NCBI GenBank assembly: GCA_964361595.1
Contig: CAYIAX010000004.1
Coordinates: forward strand, 615-64,614
Direction: 5' to 3'
From: an uncultured Candidatus Saccharibacteria bacterium
GTDB lineage: Bacteria > Patescibacteriota > Minisyncoccia > UBA6257 > 2-01-FULL-56-20
DNA: 64,000 nt
Below are positions 59,292 through 64,000 of the stretch, in pieces (the stretch's first letter is position 1; every line of letters begins with the position of its first letter). Both the position numbers and the translations under genes were made by a program. Under the pieces are notes generated by a model that saw only the letters and a program-made list of their open reading frames with translations, did not search any database and was not told the origin of the DNA.

Positions 59292-62200
59292 ATGAACCAG
59301 CAAGCTCGGACATACCGGAGAAAATTAGCCTGGAGTTTAATCAGCTTAATTTCGCTCGCTATTCTACCACCTACCACCTACCACCTACTACCTACCGCAA
59401 ACGCCTTCACCGGCCCGTCCTCGGGCGGCGGCGTGGGCACGGGCGCGATCGGCGTGAATTCGGCCAATAACTTGAGCGTCGGCACCTCGACGCCGCTTGC
59501 CGAGACCAAGTTTTTGATCGTGGCTTCCAGCTCGGCCGACAGCGCGAACTTTGCGGTTAAAGTCAGCTACCCCTTGAGTACGCCGATCTTGTGGGTGCGG
59601 AACGACGGCAAGGTCATGATCGGCACCTCCACGCCCATTTCCGCCGCGGCTCTGACGGTGCAGGGCGACATTTATGCAACCGGCAACTTGTATGGCACTC
59701 TTTCCGGCGCAGTTTTAGCTGCAAACGTTACGTCCGACGTCTTCGGCCGCCTGCAGGGCAACGGGAATTTCGCTTTTCCGGCCTCGCTAGGTGTCGGCAC
59801 TTCTTCGCAGGCGGGACTGCCGCAGGAACTCTCGGTTTATGGCGATGCGTATGTAACGGGCAGCGTCGGCATCGGGACGACGGGGCCGGGGGCAAAGTTA
59901 CAAGTTCTTGGAGGGAATGTGCTTGTTGGTGGCTATGGTACTGGAACGGAATATGGCATTCTGTTGTCGCCAAGCGATGCTGGTAACTACCACTGGATAG
60001 CTCAAATTGCTGGTACTAAGTTGCAGATTGGCTCAGGAAACGTTATTGGTACATCTCCTCAAGTTACTATTGACAACTCCGGCAACGTTGGCATCGGGAC
60101 GACGGGACCGAGTTCAAAGCTGGATGTTAAGGGAAGCGCAGGAGCATTGACCGATTACGGCATCGCCACGATTGAAGAACCAACTCAAAATAGAGGTATT
60201 TCTTTTGGATTCGATACTACAAATGACTGGACATGGGTTTACAGCCGAGATGTTGGAGTGGAAAGTAAACCAATAAGATTTAATGATTTATTTTTTGTTG
60301 GCAAAGGAAACGGCAACGTCGGCATCGGGACGACGAATCCGAGTGATTTATTAACGGTGGTGACAAGTGCCCAGGGGACTGGCGGTATGTCAATTCAACA
60401 AGCTACCAATGAGGGACTATGGTTCAGGCCGGATAATTCTGCTGGCGCGTCCAATCCTCTCGTTCAGGCCGGGGACAAGAGTATTATATTTAGTGCTGGG
60501 TCTATCGAAACAGGTAATCTCGTCATTGCGCCTTGGTCGGCTAGCAGTTATGGAGTACGTATAACGAATACCGGCAACGTCGGCATCGGGACGACGAATC
60601 CGAACGCTATGCTGGATGTTGCGGGTACGATTAACGGGCGGAACTACGCCGTTCCAGATACGGGAGCAACGTCGCAATGGGCAAAGCTAGGCACATTTAC
60701 TGCAGGGCAGGCTGGCCATACAATCCGTGTCGTCGCATACATCCACAACGGTTTTAATGCTGTAAACTCTCAAGATAGCGTTTATACCATAACTTTCAAG
60801 ACCTCTAACGGTTCAAGCGTAGACGGCAACGGCTTTGCAGGAAATGGAAGCTGGTACGCAATCGGTTTCAATTCTCAAATCCCATCTGGCAATATCAAGT
60901 GGAAGGCGAATGCCGCCGGGGTGAGCGCGACCTCATATGATCTCTATATTCTCTTGCCCATTTTTACCACTAATAGCCACTACGCTGTCTCCGTGGTTTC
61001 AACCGCAAGCTGGACAAATGTCGGATCAATTGGTCAGACTGACCCAGGCATTGCGAGCGCCTCGGTACTTATACCGACACCAGAGTTCAATGTGCCTTAC
61101 GGCAGCGTCGGCATCGGGACGACGGGGCCTGCCACTAAACTCGAAGTAGATGGGGATACGACACTTCTAGTTCCGTCTACTGTTGCCACTGCGACGACGG
61201 ATTATGCATTAAGGCTTTTCGACAATAGGACGAGAACGGCCAATAACGCTCAAGCGATTATATTTCAAAATGCTTCAACAGAGCATTTCGCGCGGATTGA
61301 AGTTACTGATTTGGGTGGTGGCGGTAACGCGGCGGCACGTATGGATTTCAAGGTAAACAGTGCCGCAGAGGGGACTAATCCAACCTCGCGCCTGACAATT
61401 CTAAATAGCGGCAACGTCGGCATCGGGACGACCAACCCCACGAGCACCCTCACTGTCGTCGGCGAAATCAAAACCACCTCCGGCGGCGTCCGCTTCCCCG
61501 ACGCCACCCTCCAGACCACGGCCTACACCGGCACTTCCACCCAGGTGGTCTCGGCCGCGAACGTCTCGGCCGACGTCTTCGGCCGCCTGCAGGGCAACGG
61601 GAATTTCGCTTTTCCGGCCTCGCTCGGCGTCGCCACCTCGACGCAGGTCGGCTTGCCCCAGGAACTTTCGGTATATGGCGATATCTATGCCTCTGGCAAC
61701 GTCGGCATCGGGACGACGAGTCCAAACGCGGGATTGCAAATTAGCGGCGGCAACGTTCATGTGCAGGGTTCTTTCAGCAACAGTAATCAGTTAAGAATTA
61801 CCGGAACGGGAGCCGCGGGTACGGGCAACGATGCGATTCTCCGTTTTGATACGTCCAGCAATAGCCGAGTGATATATGTGGATGAAAGTGATTCAAACAA
61901 AATGAAGTTTACTGGCGGTGGAGCAACGGATTTGGTCACAATAGATAACAGCGGCAATGTCGGCATCGGGACGACGGGGCCAAACCGAAGGCTTACGATA
62001 GGAAATCCTGGAGCGGTAAGTACCAATACACAACTGCTCTACCTTAAACAGCCCAATGATTATGGTTACTCATTCAATATCGATGATTCTGTTACTGGTC
62101 GTATGTATCTCCAAGGAGTCAATGCTGGTGTTGAATCAAACATTATGACTCTTGACAGAACAACCGGCAACGTCGGCATCGGGACGACGGGGCCGGTGAC

Positions 62201-64000
62201 CAAGCTCCAAGTGGGTTTGGATGCTCCGGGAAGTGGGACTCAAGAGCACATGCGGTTCTCCAATGCCGCGAACAGTGTGGCATACCTATTGATTGGCACC
62301 ATCGCGGGAGGAACACCGCCAGCGTATATTTCAACTGACGGAAGCGGTCGTCCGCTAGTCTTGCAGAATAACGGCGGCAACGTCGGCATCGGGACACCCC
62401 AATCGGGGACAGCACCGGCTGAGAGACTTCACGTGATCAACAATGTGTCAGCCGCTCTTGGCTATTCACTGAAGTTACAGAATGACGACACCATCGACTC
62501 TGGAACTACGGGGACAGGCATTCTGTTTGCGGTAGGCAGTGGCGGCGCTGCTCGCGGGAAGGGTGGATTGGTTTATGCTTATCCAACTGGCGGCGGCACG
62601 TGGAATCGCGGGAATTTTTATTTCCTGCAAAACAGTGTAGCAGATGCGAGCACTCCAACACTGGCAAATTCAGTTGTAACCATAACGAATACCGGCAACG
62701 TCGGCATCGGGACGACGGGGCCAGGTGCGAAGCTGGATGTAGCGGGAACCATGCGCATAAGAGACCAAGGAGACAATGTCCTTTCGGTGCTTCAATCCTC
62801 TAAAACTTACCAGCTTATCGGGACTTACTCGGGGTGGGATGCGAATGCGATTTATCTTGGTGGTTACAATGCCACAAACAACCCGCAGAATTCCTCCAGC
62901 ACCCGGGTCATTGTCGGCGGCTCCGGTTCCACCCTGCCGCTCGACGTTACCGGTGTTCTTACCGTCTACGGCAGCGGAAATTCTAGTTTTGCCGGCAACG
63001 TCGGGATTGGGACGACTACGCCAAGTGCAAAACTAGAAATACAAGCGGCACAGAATGCCGCTCATTTAGAATTGGAGAGCACTGGCAGCGGTGCAAGAAG
63101 GTGGGGTTTGATAGTTAATCCTGGCTGGGCGGCTGGCTCCTTAAGTTTGTATGATTTAACTTCTGACAGTGCAAGGTTATTGATTGACACCTCCGGCAAC
63201 GTCGGCATCGGGACGACCCAGCCATCTTCAACCTTGCACGTCATCGGCGACATCCGCGCCTCGGGCAACCTTTACGGCACTTTTAGCGGCGCGGTCTCGG
63301 CCGCCAACGTCTCGGCCGACGTCTTCGGCCGCCTGCAGGGCAACGGGAATTTCGCTTTTCCGGCCTCGCTCGGCGTCGCCACCTCGACGCAGGTCGGCTT
63401 GCCCCAGGAACTTTCGGTATATGGCGATATCTATGCCTCTGGCAACGTCGGCATCGGGACGACGGGGCCAGTAGCGAAACTACATGTGTATGATGGGTCA
63501 ACCAGTGCTTATCTCAAAATACAAGCCCCCTTGGCAAGCCAGAGTGCACTTGAGTTTGCAGACAACACAAATGGTCAAGACATTGTGATTTATCGTTTCC
63601 AAGGGACAAGGGATTTAAGTATCTGGACGCCAACTGCCAGCGATATTGTTCGAGTGACACAAGGCGGCAATGTCGGCATCGGGACGACGGGGCCGCAGCA
63701 AAAACTTCATTTCTCTCCAGGAAGCTTTATTGGATTACCTATATCATCTCCTTATGTCCCTGCTACATGGCAAAGAGGGGGTACAGGTATTATTTTGGCT
63801 GGAGCGCAGAATACAGACGGGACCGGCTGGAATTACGGTAGCAGAATGACTGTGTCGGATTACGGTGATGGCTTAGGTACCTCGATAGACGCGTTGGCAA
63901 ACGGAACATGGTATAATGACGCATTGTTTATTAGTGGACGGTCTGGCAGATATGGATACGTCGGCATCGGGACGACGGGGCCAGCGCAAACACTTGACGT
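59292..64000 (+). CDS. Giant secreted/surface protein with GNVGIGTT repeats (runs off window end, >1560 aa)
   Basis: ATG 59292, signal-like N-terminus; all 16 repeats in the same frame; no terminated ORF in this frame in the track. Confidence 0.85.
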   Translation, partial: MNQQARTYRRKLAWSLISLISLAILPPTTYHLLPTANAFTGPSSGGGVGTGAIGVNSANNLSVGTSTPLAETKFLIVASSSADSANFAVKVSYPLSTPILWVRNDGKVMIGTSTPISAAALTVQGDIYATGNLYGTLSGAVLAANVTSDVFGRLQGNGNFAFPASLGVGTSSQAGLPQELSVYGDAYVTGSVGIGTTGPGAKLQVLGGNVLVGGYGTGTEYGILLSPSDAGNYHWIAQIAGTKLQIGSGNVIGTSPQVTIDNSGNVGIGTTGPSSKLDVKGSAGALTDYGIATIEEPTQNRGISFGFDTTNDWTWVYSRDVGVESKPIRFNDLFFVGKGNGNVGIGTTNPSDLLTVVTSAQGTGGMSIQQATNEGLWFRPDNSAGASNPLVQAGDKSIIFSAGSIETGNLVIAPWSASSYGVRITNTGNVGIGTTNPNAMLDVAGTINGRNYAVPDTGATSQWAKLGTFTAGQAGHTIRVVAYIHNGFNAVNSQDSVYTITFKTSNGSSVDGNGFAGNGSWYAIGFNSQIPSGNIKWKANAAGVSATSYDLYILLPIFTTNSHYAVSVVSTASWTNVGSIGQTDPGIASASVLIPTPEFNVPYGSVGIGTTGPATKLEVDGDTTLLVPSTVATATTDYALRLFDNRTRTANNAQAIIFQNASTEHFARIEVTDLGGGGNAAARMDFKVNSAAEGTNPTSRLTILNSGNVGIGTTNPTSTLTVVGEIKTTSGGVRFPDATLQTTAYTGTSTQVVSAANVSADVFGRLQGNGNFAFPASLGVATSTQVGLPQELSVYGDIYASGNVGIGTTSPNAGLQISGGNVHVQGSFSNSNQLRITGTGAAGTGNDAILRFDTSSNSRVIYVDESDSNKMKFTGGGATDLVTIDNSGNVGIGTTGPNRRLTIGNPGAVSTNTQLLYLKQPNDYGYSFNIDDSVTGRMYLQGVNAGVESNIMTLDRTTGNVGIGTTGPVTKLQVGLDAPGSGTQEHMRFSNAANSVAYLLIGTIAGGTPPAYISTDGSGRPLVLQNNGGNVGIGTPQSGTAPAERLHVINNVSAALGYSLKLQNDDTIDSGTTGTGILFAVGSGGAARGKGGLVYAYPTGGGTWNRGNFYFLQNSVADASTPTLANSVVTITNTGNVGIGTTGPGAKLDVAGTMRIRDQGDNVLSVLQSSKTYQLIGTYSGWDANAIYLGGYNATNNPQNSSSTRVIVGGSGSTLPLDVTGVLTVYGSGNSSFAGNVGIGTTTPSAKLEIQAAQNAAHLELESTGSGARRWGLIVNPGWAAGSLSLYDLTSDSARLLIDTSGNVGIGTTQPSSTLHVIGDIRASGNLYGTFSGAVSAANVSADVFGRLQGNGNFAFPASLGVATSTQVGLPQELSVYGDIYASGNVGIGTTGPVAKLHVYDGSTSAYLKIQAPLASQSALEFADNTNGQDIVIYRFQGTRDLSIWTPTASDIVRVTQGGNVGIGTTGPQQKLHFSPGSFIGLPISSPYVPATWQRGGTGIILAGAQNTDGTGWNYGSRMTVSDYGDGLGTSIDALANGTWYNDALFISGRSGRYGYVGIGTTGPAQTLD
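59859..63977 (+). repeat. 16 copies of 24-nt direct repeat GGCAACGTCGGCATCGGGACGACG
   Basis: Starts at 59859, 60081, 60312, 60573, 61101, 61410, 61695, 61953, 62166, 62376, 62694, 62994, 63195, 63441, 63666, 63954. Confidence 0.9.

Noticed and set aside
59859-63977. CRISPR array interpretation of the 24-nt direct repeats
   Set aside because: Spacers are 200-500 nt, of variable length and all multiples of three within one ORF; no cas genes

Overview
64 kb of core chromosome from a bacterium that looks like a Patescibacteria/CPR (Parcubacteria-type) genome. The evidence is rplK without rplA, short or SD-less leaders on core genes, PaaX-like, DUF4012 and pilin-type genes, and the standard genetic code. 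Housekeeping content: gyrB, secE-nusG-rplK, tmk, gatB, miaA, thrS (with an in-frame TAG), serS, lepA, pcm, dnaG, rpoD, alaS, infA-rpmJ-rpsM-rpsK-rpsD-rpoA-rplQ-rplM-rpsI, rpmB, valS, tsaD, a full F1Fo ATP synthase operon, three tRNAs and a type II R-M pair. The most striking signal lies between the genes. Seven 124-125 nt elements of two families sit exactly at start codons in the ribosomal-protein/RNAP and ATP synthase operons. Each is a 19-20 bp stem; in five copies its base puts the upstream stop codon opposite the downstream AUG. Each loop carries an intact 29-31 codon mini-ORF that ends 3 or 9 nt before, and in frame with, the next gene. This is a candidate portable translational-coupling cassette. 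The window also holds several families of short tandem 7-10-mer repeats, arranged as inverted pairs at gene junctions, in frame inside essential genes, and around two four-helix-bundle (Avd/IVP-like) genes. It ends in a giant ORF in which at least 16 DNA-conserved 24-nt repeats separate unrelated in-frame modules. All coordinates were counted by eye, and family assignments come from recalled motifs, not database searches.
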